The translations under genes and the position numbers were made by a program. A stretch of 64,000 nt of DNA from a virus: positions 1-64,000 of IMG/VR virus record IMGVR_UViG_3300004463_000262. One strand, 5' to 3'. The notes under the pieces were generated by a model. The model was not told where the DNA came from. It saw only the letters and a list, made by a program, of their open reading frames with translations, and did not search any database. Positions 32,859-43,135 of the stretch are shown piece after piece (position 1 is the first letter of the stretch; each line of letters starts with the position of its first letter).

Positions 32859-34108
32859 CTGAATCTGCAATGCTCAATATCGAGAATGAATTTGTCAACC
32901 ATCTTCTAGATCAGACCGATCTAGAGTTCATCCTGCGTGAAGGTGTATCTCCAGAGCTACTCGTGTCGCCTCTTTCGAAGAGTATCTACAATTTCGTTCA
33001 GCATCACTTCACAGAAACGGGCAAAACTCCCTCAAAGAAAGTGTTAGAGGCTGAGTTTTCTGCTTTCGCGTTTGAAGATCCAGAGACAACGGCGCATTAT
33101 GTGGTTGATAAGCTTCGAGAGCGCTTCCAGAAGAACGAGGTTGGCAAGGTTCTAACCGATGTGGCTCAGGTGGCCGACAAAGATCCTTCTTTGGCCATGA
33201 CAAAGCTGCGCGATAAAGTGTTCGAGATCGAGCGAACCAGTATGTCTCAGCGTCATATTTGGAAGCCGGGAGATCATCCTCTTTTCATCGAGAACTTGAA
33301 GCAGAAGATCCTCAAAGGGCATCATAAGGGTGTCTCGACAGGGTTTCAGGACATTGATTACTTCACTGGTGGAGTGAAACCAGGGAATGTGGCTTATATC
33401 TTGGCTCGTATGAAGAGGCAGAAGACCTTCTTGACCTTGAATTCATTTATACAGCAAGTTTTGGATGATCAGGAGCCATATCTCTTTACTCTGGAGAACA
33501 CGGCAGATGAGATCAACCTGCGATTGTCTTGTATGCTTTCTGGTGTATCGTGGGATCGTGCTCAGAAGGGTCACTTGACGGGTCAGGATTATAGAGAGAT
33601 TACTAGGGCTTGGGAAAGTTTTGATCAGCACAAGTATTGGATTGAAATGCCCCCTCTTGATGAGCGCACTGTGAATCACTTCATAATGAAAGCCGATAAG
33701 GTAGATGCAGGCCCGGTTTTGATCTCACAGTTTAAGTACATCAGAGGCACAAAGGAATGGTATCGTCATGAGTTTGAAGAGAATGCAGAGGTAGCAGTGG
33801 ATATCAAGAGGGCAGCTATCCGTCCAGGAAACGAGCGCCCGATCATTGTGGAGGCTCAGTTTAACAGAGGCGGCGATTCAATGGAAGAATTGGAGGATTT
33901 CACTGGCTCTAAGGTAGGTTTGACTGACATGATTCCTCAGTCAGCAGACATTCTCTTTGGTATCTTTCAGAACAAAGACATGCGTTCGAACAACACGCTT
34001 GAATTTGGCATTCTAGAGAGTCGCAACACGGGCAAAGCTGCATGGTTTGTCACCTACGATTACATCAACAATACCCACATCACAATGCAGTCAGGAAGTC
34101 AACACTAA
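32840..34108 (+). CDS. DnaB-like replicative helicase (divergent motifs)
   Basis: GVSTGFQDIDYFTGGVKPG, ARMKRQKT, FTLEN, AQFNR, IPQSADILFG; lies between loader and primase. Confidence 0.8.
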   Translation: MQVDKMTESAMLNIENEFVNHLLDQTDLEFILREGVSPELLVSPLSKSIYNFVQHHFTETGKTPSKKVLEAEFSAFAFEDPETTAHYVVDKLRERFQKNEVGKVLTDVAQVADKDPSLAMTKLRDKVFEIERTSMSQRHIWKPGDHPLFIENLKQKILKGHHKGVSTGFQDIDYFTGGVKPGNVAYILARMKRQKTFLTLNSFIQQVLDDQEPYLFTLENTADEINLRLSCMLSGVSWDRAQKGHLTGQDYREITRAWESFDQHKYWIEMPPLDERTVNHFIMKADKVDAGPVLISQFKYIRGTKEWYRHEFEENAEVAVDIKRAAIRPGNERPIIVEAQFNRGGDSMEELEDFTGSKVGLTDMIPQSADILFGIFQNKDMRSNNTLEFGILESRNTGKAAWFVTYDYINNTHITMQSGSQH

Positions 34109-34293
34109 TGGCTCAGTATCGTCACCCAGAAGATCACTATGAATGTACTTTGTGTGGGTGGACTGGCTATCCAGAGATCCCAGAGGGAGGATGGTGTCAG
34201 ACTGAATCAATCATTTGCCCTGAGTGTGGAGAATATGATGATGAACCTTGGGTACCAATTCCCGAGCCGGATCTAAGGGGTTACTTTTTATGA
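34108..34293 (+). CDS. Small zinc-ribbon protein
   Basis: CTLCGW...CPECG. Confidence 0.55.
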   Translation: MAQYRHPEDHYECTLCGWTGYPEIPEGGWCQTESIICPECGEYDDEPWVPIPEPDLRGYFL

Positions 34294-34305
34294 CAAGTCA
34301 ACACA

Positions 34306-34509
34306 ATGCGTAGAATACTTAGAACAGCAACGTATCGCATTGGTCGTCAAACATTAGAAGTTGAGGACGGCCCGCTTTGTCCAGATTGTGGATTTAAGCA
34401 TTCGGATACGGCACATGATCGTTACTTTCTGACAATTAGGAATCGTACCTATCGATCTGAAGTAGAGATCTCCAAGGAAAGAGCGGATTGGTATTTAGAG
34501 AACCTTTAA
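34306..34509 (+). CDS. Hypothetical protein
   Basis: CPDCG motif. Confidence 0.5.
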   Translation: MRRILRTATYRIGRQTLEVEDGPLCPDCGFKHSDTAHDRYFLTIRNRTYRSEVEISKERADWYLENL

Positions 34510-34532
34510 ATGTTTGATATTGGTGATAGAAA

Positions 34533-35696
34533 ATGATGACACGTAAATTTAGACGTGGCATCAAAGTAGACGCTGTTGATTACAGTCATCTACGAGGCAT
34601 TATAGACACTGAAGCTTTGCTTTCGGATCTTGGTGTGGACTTTAGCTTTTGGCATAAGGAGCATCAAGCCATGTGTCACTGTCCAAACCTCTATGGTCTT
34701 CATGAGAATGGAGATCGTAATCCATCCTTTGGCTTCAATGACGAGAAGCTCGCCTACAACTGTTTCACTTGTGGAGGCGGCAATGTAATTGAGCTAGTTC
34801 AGATGATGAAGCCTGAATACGCTCGTAGATTCAAGGGCGACACACAGAAGGATCAAGAGGCAATCACCTATCTAGAGCAGTTCGCAGATTTCAATCAACA
34901 GAGTGGCATTGCAGCTAAGGTCAGTGAGATCCTGCATGCTAAAGAAGAGAAACCAATGCCGTTGCCTGACTATCCTGCCGATAGCCTGTTTCAGTATCAC
35001 AAGATACATCCTTATCTCTATGAAAGAGGCTTGACTAAGGATGTGATTGTTGAGATGCAGGTTGGTTTCGATGATGAACATGGAGCTATTGTGATTCCTC
35101 ATTTCTTTCAAAACAAACTGGTCGGAATTCAAAGACGGCACCTTGCGCAGGACTCGAATGGTGACTTTATCTGCCCGAGATGTGAGCAGAATAAGAAGTC
35201 TGTTCCTAAATACTGGAATACACCCAACTTCCCTAAAGTCAACACACTTTATGGCTACGATCATATGAAGCAGGCGCTTGTGGAAGAGGATGGTCGTTCG
35301 GTGATCGTGGTTGAGTCGCCTTTCTCCGCGCTCAAGTTGAAGTCTCTTGGTTTCAATCGAGTTGTTGCGACTTTCGGGCAGTTCAGTAGAGAGCAAGGCA
35401 TGTTGTTGATCGCTATTCCGACGATACTCTACTGGCCGGACAACGATTATGCTGGTCATCAGAATACGTGGCGCACAATCTCTAGTTTGGGACAATATAC
35501 AACGGTTAAGATTGTCCCCGTGTTGCCTAAATTGAAGGGAGATCCAGGGGACTTAGAGACTTCAGATGAGGTTCTAAAGTACCTGCAAAATGCCTATTCT
35601 GCTTCGCTTTTTCCGTTATATTCAGCCGAAAAACTAGCAACATTGGAGGCTGTAGCGAACACTAATCAGAGTAGGTCTACTACGTCGAGGGATTAA
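34533..35696 (+). CDS. DNA primase (DnaG-like)
   Basis: CPN...H..GDRNPSF...YNCFTCGGGN zinc domain; TOPRIM VVES...WPDNDYAG; KGDPGDL. Confidence 0.85.
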   Translation: MMTRKFRRGIKVDAVDYSHLRGIIDTEALLSDLGVDFSFWHKEHQAMCHCPNLYGLHENGDRNPSFGFNDEKLAYNCFTCGGGNVIELVQMMKPEYARRFKGDTQKDQEAITYLEQFADFNQQSGIAAKVSEILHAKEEKPMPLPDYPADSLFQYHKIHPYLYERGLTKDVIVEMQVGFDDEHGAIVIPHFFQNKLVGIQRRHLAQDSNGDFICPRCEQNKKSVPKYWNTPNFPKVNTLYGYDHMKQALVEEDGRSVIVVESPFSALKLKSLGFNRVVATFGQFSREQGMLLIAIPTILYWPDNDYAGHQNTWRTISSLGQYTTVKIVPVLPKLKGDPGDLETSDEVLKYLQNAYSASLFPLYSAEKLATLEAVANTNQSRSTTSRD

Positions 35697-35697
35697 A

Positions 35698-35892
35698 ATG
35701 GGAATGCAAAAATTTGGTGATGTCGAGAAGATCGAGGTACTTCAGGGCAAAGAAGCACAAGTGTTGAACAAGCACATGAGCAAGCTGGGCAAGTACAAGG
35801 TCAGTGACTTTTCGAAGGATGAAAAGGAAGCACTCGCCGCAGAATTAGAATCTGTCCGTCCGAAAGAAGAAGAGACGGAAGATGGCTCCTAA
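35698..35892 (+). CDS. Hypothetical protein
   Basis: GAGGG RBS. Confidence 0.55.
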   Translation: MGMQKFGDVEKIEVLQGKEAQVLNKHMSKLGKYKVSDFSKDEKEALAAELESVRPKEEETEDGS

Positions 35893-36071
35893 CCCATTAG
35901 CGGTTTGGGCCGCTGATCATGGATTTGATCCGATGGATAGTGATCAGCAGACAGAGCTAGCTTGGGCGCTGCTTGCAGCAGTCATGGAGCTAGAACACAA
36001 GCTTGAAGATTGTCGATTAGAGATGGATCTGATGGCTCGTATGGATAGCAACGAATAAGTAGTTGTTATAG

Positions 36072-36099
36072 TTGACAATAATAGAGTCAATGCTATAAT
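36072..36099 (+). promoter_or_regulatory. Sigma70-type promoter
   Basis: TTGACA-16 nt-TATAAT with TG extension. Confidence 0.65.
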
Positions 36100-36129
36100 A
36101 GAGGGATTTTCGATAGAGTAATAGGTGTT

Positions 36130-36555
36130 ATGATACAACATGGAAAAGCTAGCACCTATTCAAATCGGAAATGTCGTTGTGATGAGTGTCGAGAAGCGTG
36201 GAGAATCTATCAAGGTGCGAGGATGAAAGCTAATCCTCAATATAGGATAGCTAAGCGTAAAAGGAGGAAGGCATATTTTGGAAAATCCCCGGAAGAATAT
36301 CAAGAGTACATAGCCGCTTGGCGCAGGCAGAGGATAAAGGAGAATCAAGAATTCTTGCGGGAGTATAAAGAGAGTAAGCCATGTAAGGATTGCGGGAATT
36401 TCTATCCCGCAAGAGCTATGGACTTTCATCATCGAAATATCGAAGAGAAGAAATATGCAGTGAGTGGAATGTTACATCATTCGAGAGCAAAAATAGAAGA
36501 AGAAATAGCAAAATGTGATCTACTTTGTGCGGTGCATCATAGATTAAGGCATTAA
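36130..36555 (+). CDS. HNH endonuclease (same family as those in the tRNA array)
   Basis: HG..STY...CRCDEC N-terminus; CKDCG...MDFHH...KCDLLCAVHHRLRH. Confidence 0.85.
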   Translation: MIQHGKASTYSNRKCRCDECREAWRIYQGARMKANPQYRIAKRKRRKAYFGKSPEEYQEYIAAWRRQRIKENQEFLREYKESKPCKDCGNFYPARAMDFHHRNIEEKKYAVSGMLHHSRAKIEEEIAKCDLLCAVHHRLRH

Positions 36556-36561
36556 TGTTAC

Positions 36562-36590
36562 TTGACATCTAGATCATAAGGTGCTATCAT
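36562..36590 (+). promoter_or_regulatory. Sigma70-type promoter
   Basis: TTGACA-17 nt-TATCAT with TG extension. Confidence 0.75.
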
Positions 36591-36623
36591 AGACAAGTAA
36601 ACTCAATAGGAGATACATATTAG

Positions 36624-37436
36624 ATGAGCACACGAACGTACCGTCGCGGTACTGAAGTAATCAAGGAATTAGGAGAAAGAAAGAAGGGTGGAAGTAGGTT
36701 TACTCCAAATATCTACTGGAAGCCTGGGGATGTGCGAACGGTTGCCTTCCTTACAGAGGCCAGTGAGATTCCAACTGTATTGATGCATCAGATGGTGAAG
36801 GTACCGGATGATAATTTCGATTCCGGGTTCCGCTATGAGAACATCATCTGCAAGCGCGACCCATCGATGATCGATGAGTTTAGTGGACGCTGTGAGCTTT
36901 GTGAGAACGTGAAGGTTGATCCCACAGAGCGCCAGATTGCTCTTGCTGTTGAGCTTGAGCCGGTTAGAGAAGGAAAGCGGGTTACTAGCTTGAAGGTCAA
37001 GACGAACCGCGTGAAGAATCGTGAAGGTGTCGAGCAGGATTATCCTCAGTGGGGATTGATCATGCAGGCGTCCTCTAACTTCTTCTCGTACTTTGCTAAC
37101 TACAGTGATACCAACGGAGATATCCGCGAGGTAGCCTGGGAGATTCAGCGCGAGGGTGGTTCGACTGATACCAAGTATCATCCGTTCCTCGTAATGAATG
37201 GTTCTAGCGCTGTCCCTCTACCCGATCTCTCTGAGATCGTAGAGAACATTCCAACGCTTGATGATCTACTTGAAAAGATGGCTTCTGAAGAGAAGTATGC
37301 AGAGGTAGCTGACCTCGATCCTAACTCTCAGCCCTCATGGGGTGGGAAGAAGAAGGTTGAGTCGGGTAATGTCCCCTCTGGCGACAGAGCTACCGAGTTT
37401 GAGAAGATCAAGCAGGAAACGATCAACGCATACTAA
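36624..37436 (+). CDS. Single-stranded DNA-binding protein (gp32-like)
   Basis: C...CELC zinc site, WEIQREGGSTDTKY motif, position upstream of RNase H and polymerase. Confidence 0.65.
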   Translation: MSTRTYRRGTEVIKELGERKKGGSRFTPNIYWKPGDVRTVAFLTEASEIPTVLMHQMVKVPDDNFDSGFRYENIICKRDPSMIDEFSGRCELCENVKVDPTERQIALAVELEPVREGKRVTSLKVKTNRVKNREGVEQDYPQWGLIMQASSNFFSYFANYSDTNGDIREVAWEIQREGGSTDTKYHPFLVMNGSSAVPLPDLSEIVENIPTLDDLLEKMASEEKYAEVADLDPNSQPSWGGKKKVESGNVPSGDRATEFEKIKQETINAY

Positions 37437-38027
37437 GTGATCACTGTCATCACTGACGGTTCCGCCTGCAATAAGTCGAAAAAGGGTGGTTGGGCAGCCA
37501 TTGTGCGCAATTCAACCACCCTGATCGAGCTAACAGGTTGGGCCGAAGATACTACTTCGAATAGGATGGAATTGACAGCGGCAGTTGAAGCGCTTAGAGC
37601 CATCCCTGTCCCCTCTGAGATCACTGTAGTTACTGACTCAGCTTACTTGCGAAACACGATGATACGCAAGTGGTATGAGCGATGGTTCACAGAGGAACGA
37701 AGCAAGCCTCGGCCCAATCTTGATCTTTGGGAAGCACTAGCTGGTCTTGCAAGTTTTCATACCATCACGTGGGTGAAGGTGAAGGGTCACTCTGGAGATT
37801 ATTGGAATACCCGAGTGGATCACTTGGCTTCGTGGGCACGAACAGATAAGAAAGAGATGAGCAATGAGATCATCTTGGATGATTTTCAGTGCTCGACCCT
37901 GAATACTGAGTTTTGGCGAGACACACAATTTGTAAAGCGATGTGGGCTTTATGCTAATCATGTCGGGAAATGTGATTTTCGTGGACAGCCAGCAATCAAG
38001 GATATAGATGCCGACTCCATTACATAA
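37437..38027 (+). CDS. rnhA: Ribonuclease HI
   Basis: TDGSAC, GGWAAIV, TTSNRMELTAA, TDSAYL, NLDLW, WVKVKGHSGDYWNTRVDHLA. Confidence 0.92.
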   Translation: MITVITDGSACNKSKKGGWAAIVRNSTTLIELTGWAEDTTSNRMELTAAVEALRAIPVPSEITVVTDSAYLRNTMIRKWYERWFTEERSKPRPNLDLWEALAGLASFHTITWVKVKGHSGDYWNTRVDHLASWARTDKKEMSNEIILDDFQCSTLNTEFWRDTQFVKRCGLYANHVGKCDFRGQPAIKDIDADSIT

Positions 38028-41000
38028 TCATACGCATGCCTCTGCGCTCGATGGTCTGGCTAAGCCAGAAGAAATCGTGCAGCGCTGCACTGAATGTGAT
38101 TTTGGTGCGGTGGGTATCACTGATCACGATGTAGTGGCTGGTCATGTAGAGTTCTATAAAGAGGTATCCAAGTCAGAGATTAAGCCTATCCTGGGTATTG
38201 AGACATATCAGACGATTGAAAGTCGTTACCAGAACTACGGTGGTCTGAGCAAGCGCACTGATGAGGGTGAGAAGGAGAGGATTGATAACTTTCATCTCAT
38301 CTTGATCGCTATGAATAACACGGGGTTGCGCAACCTGTGGACTATGAATTCTGAGGCTCATTGTACAGGGTTCTACTACAATGGCCGAGTTGATTGGGAT
38401 CTCTTAGAGCGATACAATGAGGGTATCCTCTGTACCTCAGCTTGCGGGCTTGGTATGCTCTCTCAGGCGTTACGAAATAACTCAAATTTGCCCGATGTTC
38501 ATGATCTGGTGGCACGATACCAGAACATCTTTGGAGATCGCTTTTACATAGAACTTTCTACGTATTCTGAGGCGTGGCAACGTGATATGAACTACCAGCT
38601 ATCAAAATTGGCGGCTGATTATGGCATTCCAGTGGTTTATGCCAATGATGCACACTATGCTTTCTCTGGTCAATACGATTTGCATGAGACATTGCTCTGC
38701 ATGCAGTATCAGGAGAAGAGATCGCAACTAGCTGAGCCACATCATACTCCTGACCTTTACATCATGAGTGAGAAAGAGATCAACGACTCCTTTTACTATC
38801 TCCCGCAGGCAGTCGTTGACGAGGCAATTGATAACACTGATGAGATTGCCTCGATGTGCTCTGTGACTATGCCAGAGCATCGAATGCATGTCCCGACTTT
38901 TGTTCCCGAAAGCAAGTGGGCTACGAGCCGGGACATGCTCTTTGATCTTGCGGTGGAAGGGTATGAAAAGAAGATTGCCGCACGTGGATTGCCGGACGAT
39001 GTGTATATGGAACGTTTCAAGATGGAGATGGCTGTTATTACGCAGGCTAATTTGACTGATTACCTCTTGATGGTGCGGGATTTCATCATATGGGCCAAAG
39101 AAGAGAAAGAGATTCTCGTTGGCCCCGGTCGTGGTTCTATCGGTGGTTCCTTGATTGCTTATCTGATTGGAATCCATGAACTAGATCCGATCCGTTATGG
39201 TCTGATCTTTGAGCGCTTCTATAACATCGGTCGTGAGTCAAGTCTTCCTGATATTGATGTCGATTTCCCGACGTGGGCAAGAGAATTGATCAAGGAGTAT
39301 CTGATCAAGAAATATGGCGAAGAGCATTGCGCTGATATTGGAACTATTTCGTCCTTCCAGGGGCGCAATGCCATCCAGAAGCTAGGTGTGGCTATGGAGA
39401 TTCCGTACCCAGATGTACGAGCTATTTCTAATATCATCGAGAAAGCTATCGAGTCTGGCCAGCAGCCAAAGTGGAAGGATATCTATCTCAAAGGTGGAGA
39501 AACTCTTCAAGCTTACAAGCGTAGGTATCCTAAGCTGTTTGAGTATGCCGAGACACTTTTCGAACGTACTTCTAACTATGGTGTTCATGCCTCTGGATTT
39601 GTCATCGCTGACGTTCCGTTGAACGAGAACTTTCCGGTTCGCTGGAATACCAAGGAGAAGAAGCCTGTAACGCAGTGGGACATGCGTGTGGCTGAGGATC
39701 TCGGTTACATGAAGATGGATATTCTTGGGTTGCGTAACCTCGATACTCTGATGGAGTACAACAAGATCCTGAAAGATCAGGGCAAGGAGCAAGTTGATTT
39801 CTATGATGTGCTCCGCATGGATGAGGATGGGGAGTTACCTGAAGAGATGTGGGAGATGTTAGATAACGGTAGAACTGTTGGTGTATTTCAGATTGAGGAT
39901 GCGGCTTATGTTAAGAGGATTACAAAGAAGATCAAGCCCAGGAATCTAGAAGAGTTGGCCTTGATCACAGCGCTTAACCGACCTGGGCCGATGAAGTCTG
40001 GTGCAGGCGACCGATACATCAAGGCTCGTCATGGAGAACCAACCAAGCCTCCGCACCCTATCTTTCTTGATGTCGCCCCCGAATCTCATGGAGAGATCGT
40101 ATATCAGGAGCAGTTTATTAGGTTCTTTGAAGCGCTTGGTTACGATCCTAAGGAAGCTGATGGTATCCGTGCCATTGTGGGCAAGAAGAAGCGAGATGCG
40201 ATGGCTAAGATCAAGCCGGATTACATCGAGCGTTTTAAGAAGATGGATTGGGGCTTTCAAGTTGAAGGGAGAGAACACCTTGCCGAAACGAAGACCATGG
40301 ATATGTTTGTCCGTGCGATCATCGAGAAAGTCTGGGAGGATCTTGAAGCTTTTGCTGATTATGCCTTTAACAAGGCCCATTCTGTCGAGTATGGATTGAT
40401 CTCTTTGTGGACTCTCTATGCTAAGTGGCTTAATCCAGTTGAGTACTATCTTGCTTCTATCCGCACACTCGTGGCTGAAGGAAAGAAGGGTGAAGTCCCC
40501 CGTTATGTGCGCGAGGCGCGTACACTGGACATCCCTGTGTTACCGGTAGATATGAACCGCTCTAAGGCAGAGACTTCCATTGAGCATGGCGGCATTCGTT
40601 ATGGTTTTCGTGATATCAAGGGGATTGGGGCTGGTGTTGCACGATGGCTAATTGAACATAGGCCCTACACCGATCTGGATGAGATCATTGAGAAAGCAGA
40701 AGAGCCAGACAACAAGATCATGCTCAAAAATGGAGTCATGACCATGGCTGTAAATCGTGGCCATGTTGAGAAGCTTCGACGCCTTGTAGAAACAGATGGC
40801 GACGAACTTTTAGAAGCCGAGGAAGAACTGTTAGGGTATGCTTTGTCTGATACCTCTGCTAACATCCTGGATGATTATCAGGATGAGATCTCACAAGAGT
40901 GTGAGCCATTCTCTGAGTTGGACAAGATTGGTGTTCATACCATTGCAGGCATCATCACTAACATCAAAGAGACTAAGACCAAGGCGGGGAAACCTATGGC

Positions 41001-41178
41001 CTGGGTTACTATTGAAAGTGATGGTGAGTCTGCTGATTTTACTGTCTGGGATTCAGAGTTGACAAGACTTGCATTCATTTGGCGTAGACGACAAGCCGTG
41101 ATAGCCAGAGTAAAGGTTAATGAAAGGGGGATGAATATTATCGGCGCAAAAGTATTGAATTCAAAACAAACTGTTTAA
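38008..41178 (+). CDS. dnaE: DNA polymerase III alpha subunit
   Basis: PHP HNHT..SALDG/TDH, GPGRGS, PDIDVDF, GVHASG, KMDILGL, YAFNKAHS, C-terminal OB fold. Confidence 0.95.
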   Translation: MPTPLHNHTHASALDGLAKPEEIVQRCTECDFGAVGITDHDVVAGHVEFYKEVSKSEIKPILGIETYQTIESRYQNYGGLSKRTDEGEKERIDNFHLILIAMNNTGLRNLWTMNSEAHCTGFYYNGRVDWDLLERYNEGILCTSACGLGMLSQALRNNSNLPDVHDLVARYQNIFGDRFYIELSTYSEAWQRDMNYQLSKLAADYGIPVVYANDAHYAFSGQYDLHETLLCMQYQEKRSQLAEPHHTPDLYIMSEKEINDSFYYLPQAVVDEAIDNTDEIASMCSVTMPEHRMHVPTFVPESKWATSRDMLFDLAVEGYEKKIAARGLPDDVYMERFKMEMAVITQANLTDYLLMVRDFIIWAKEEKEILVGPGRGSIGGSLIAYLIGIHELDPIRYGLIFERFYNIGRESSLPDIDVDFPTWARELIKEYLIKKYGEEHCADIGTISSFQGRNAIQKLGVAMEIPYPDVRAISNIIEKAIESGQQPKWKDIYLKGGETLQAYKRRYPKLFEYAETLFERTSNYGVHASGFVIADVPLNENFPVRWNTKEKKPVTQWDMRVAEDLGYMKMDILGLRNLDTLMEYNKILKDQGKEQVDFYDVLRMDEDGELPEEMWEMLDNGRTVGVFQIEDAAYVKRITKKIKPRNLEELALITALNRPGPMKSGAGDRYIKARHGEPTKPPHPIFLDVAPESHGEIVYQEQFIRFFEALGYDPKEADGIRAIVGKKKRDAMAKIKPDYIERFKKMDWGFQVEGREHLAETKTMDMFVRAIIEKVWEDLEAFADYAFNKAHSVEYGLISLWTLYAKWLNPVEYYLASIRTLVAEGKKGEVPRYVREARTLDIPVLPVDMNRSKAETSIEHGGIRYGFRDIKGIGAGVARWLIEHRPYTDLDEIIEKAEEPDNKIMLKNGVMTMAVNRGHVEKLRRLVETDGDELLEAEEELLGYALSDTSANILDDYQDEISQECEPFSELDKIGVHTIAGIITNIKETKTKAGKPMAWVTIESDGESADFTVWDSELTRLAFIWRRRQAVIARVKVNERGMNIIGAKVLNSKQTV

Positions 41179-41188
41179 CGAGAAGAAT

Positions 41189-42295
41189 ATGAGTGAACAA
41201 AAGAGAATAATTGACAAATTGTACGCCGAAATGAAGAAGGAATACGGCGACAGATACTTTCGAGCAAGTGAGGCACCGCCAGTGAAGGTTATTTCAACAG
41301 GAATTACCAGTCTAGATGTAGCTACCGGCGTGGGAGGTATCCCACGTGGCACTTTAGTTGAAGTCTTTGGTCGCGAGTCTGTTGGTAAGACAGCGCTAGC
41401 TATCTATGCTATGGCTGAAGTCCATAAACAGAACGGTTTCACGGGGCTGATCAATCTTGAATCAGACATCACTAAAGAAGGTTGGCTAGAATGGGCAGAG
41501 TCTATTGCCCCGGAGGGTTGGGATTCAGATCGTTGTCACATTGTCAACCCACCTACCTCTGAGACAGCAATCAAGTTGTTCAGTAAGTGGGTGTCTAGCG
41601 GCGGGTTTGATATTGTGGTTTATGATTCTATTGGAGCTATGTCAACTGAGAAGGAGTTGGAGATCGGAGAGAAGAAACAAGCTTATGGTCAGTCTGCTCT
41701 CGTAACACAGCTAATCAAACAGGCTGCGCACTATGCGTATGAGAAGAAGTGTGTCCCGATTCTACTAAACCAAGTTAGAGATCAGGCAACTATGTATTCT
41801 CCTATCGAGAAAGCCCCTGGTGGTCATGCTAAGGATCATTTCGCATCATTGCGTATTCATTTGAAGCCGAATTATCAAGAGTTCAAGAACAAGAAGATCA
41901 AAATGGATGACAAGGAGATCGCTCCAGGTTTTCGTGTGCAAGCTGAGATTGTGAAAAATAAGGTCGGTGCGCCACGTCGCTTTGCGGGATGGAACTACTG
42001 GAATTACCCATCACCCGATGGTGTAATCGGTATCGATACCTTTCAGGATACCGTTGACGTTGCCCTACGACAAAATGTCTTCAGGGCATCGGGAACATGG
42101 TACTATCATGATGATTTCCCCGATGGGAAACTTCAGGGTGGACAGAAGGTGATTGACTTCTTGCGTATCAATCCTAGTCTAATGAAAGAGGTACGTCAGC
42201 AGCTAGTTATGCAGGCATACCATACTACGGGGAGTGTGATGGATGACGAACCAGTGGAAGACAACGTTATCATTCATGATGGGGCCACTTCCTAA
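41189..42295 (+). CDS. recA: RecA-like recombinase
   Basis: ISTGITSLDVATGVGGIPRG, GRESVGKT, YDSIGA, LNQVRD, PGGHA, KNKVGAP. Confidence 0.9.
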   Translation: MSEQKRIIDKLYAEMKKEYGDRYFRASEAPPVKVISTGITSLDVATGVGGIPRGTLVEVFGRESVGKTALAIYAMAEVHKQNGFTGLINLESDITKEGWLEWAESIAPEGWDSDRCHIVNPPTSETAIKLFSKWVSSGGFDIVVYDSIGAMSTEKELEIGEKKQAYGQSALVTQLIKQAAHYAYEKKCVPILLNQVRDQATMYSPIEKAPGGHAKDHFASLRIHLKPNYQEFKNKKIKMDDKEIAPGFRVQAEIVKNKVGAPRRFAGWNYWNYPSPDGVIGIDTFQDTVDVALRQNVFRASGTWYYHDDFPDGKLQGGQKVIDFLRINPSLMKEVRQQLVMQAYHTTGSVMDDEPVEDNVIIHDGATS

Positions 42296-42449
42296 CAAAC
42301 CAATCAACGCTAATGGTCTATATGGATTGCCAATGGACGTGGCTATGTCTGATATTATCAGACAGATAAATACTACGCTTGATTCGCTTTCTGATAGGCT
42401 AAGAGCGCTGGAAGAAAGAATCGAACTCTTTGAGGATGAAAATGTCTAA
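42279..42449 (+). CDS. Small coiled-coil hypothetical protein
   Basis: Overlaps the recA stop. Confidence 0.45.
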   Translation: MGPLPNKPINANGLYGLPMDVAMSDIIRQINTTLDSLSDRLRALEERIELFEDENV

Positions 42450-42786
42450 GACAACTAGTACTACAACAGCAATTAATGAGATTAAAACTACTATAAAGGA
42501 CTTGCAGAATTCATTGGGAAGTTCCTCTACGAATTATTGGACAACAACAACAGTGGGTGGTAATATAGCTCCCTCTTATCCAAGGAACAGAACCACTCCT
42601 TACACAAGTCCACCACAGCCACCACAACCATATGTAAATACACCATTTCAGCAACAGATACAATTTGATGATCCACGAGTAGATGGATTGCTTGAGAGGA
42701 TTGCAGCTTTGGAGGATGCGCTGAGTGACAAGTTGACTGCGGTGATGGAACGCCTAGAGATGATCGAGGACGAACTTGAGGGCTAA
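42442..42786 (+). CDS. Low-complexity/coiled-coil hypothetical protein
   Basis: GAGG RBS; Thr/Pro/Gln-rich centre. Confidence 0.55.
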   Translation: MSKTTSTTTAINEIKTTIKDLQNSLGSSSTNYWTTTTVGGNIAPSYPRNRTTPYTSPPQPPQPYVNTPFQQQIQFDDPRVDGLLERIAALEDALSDKLTAVMERLEMIEDELEG

Positions 42787-43135
42787 ATCTACTATGGGGA
42801 TGGGCAAAAAGCACGAGGAAAGTGTCGTCAAGGAGTTTGAGTGGGCTTCAGCGTATCGTAGTAGGAGTTCTGGCGCCTCTTTTCATGCGCCTGTAGATGT
42901 AACGTGTGATGTTGCCGTGATTGAGTGTGAGGCTACCGAGGGACAGAGCTATAGTTTGAAGGAAAGCTTTTGGAATGAGGTAGTTGAGAAGCAGCATAGT
43001 GGGAAGATTCCTATGCTTGCTGTGCGCTTCGATAGAGCGGATCATAACGTTGATCTTGCCGTGGTTAGCCTAGATATGTTGTCAGGATTGCTGGCAGAAG
43101 TGGAAGAATATAGAGATGAGGCTCTTAGATCCTAG
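42776..43135 (+). CDS. Holliday-junction-resolvase-like PD-(D/E)XK protein
   Basis: GKKHE...SRSSGA...DV...IECEAT...SYSL...KIPMLAVRF. Confidence 0.65.
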   Translation: MRAKSTMGMGKKHEESVVKEFEWASAYRSRSSGASFHAPVDVTCDVAVIECEATEGQSYSLKESFWNEVVEKQHSGKIPMLAVRFDRADHNVDLAVVSLDMLSGLLAEVEEYRDEALRS

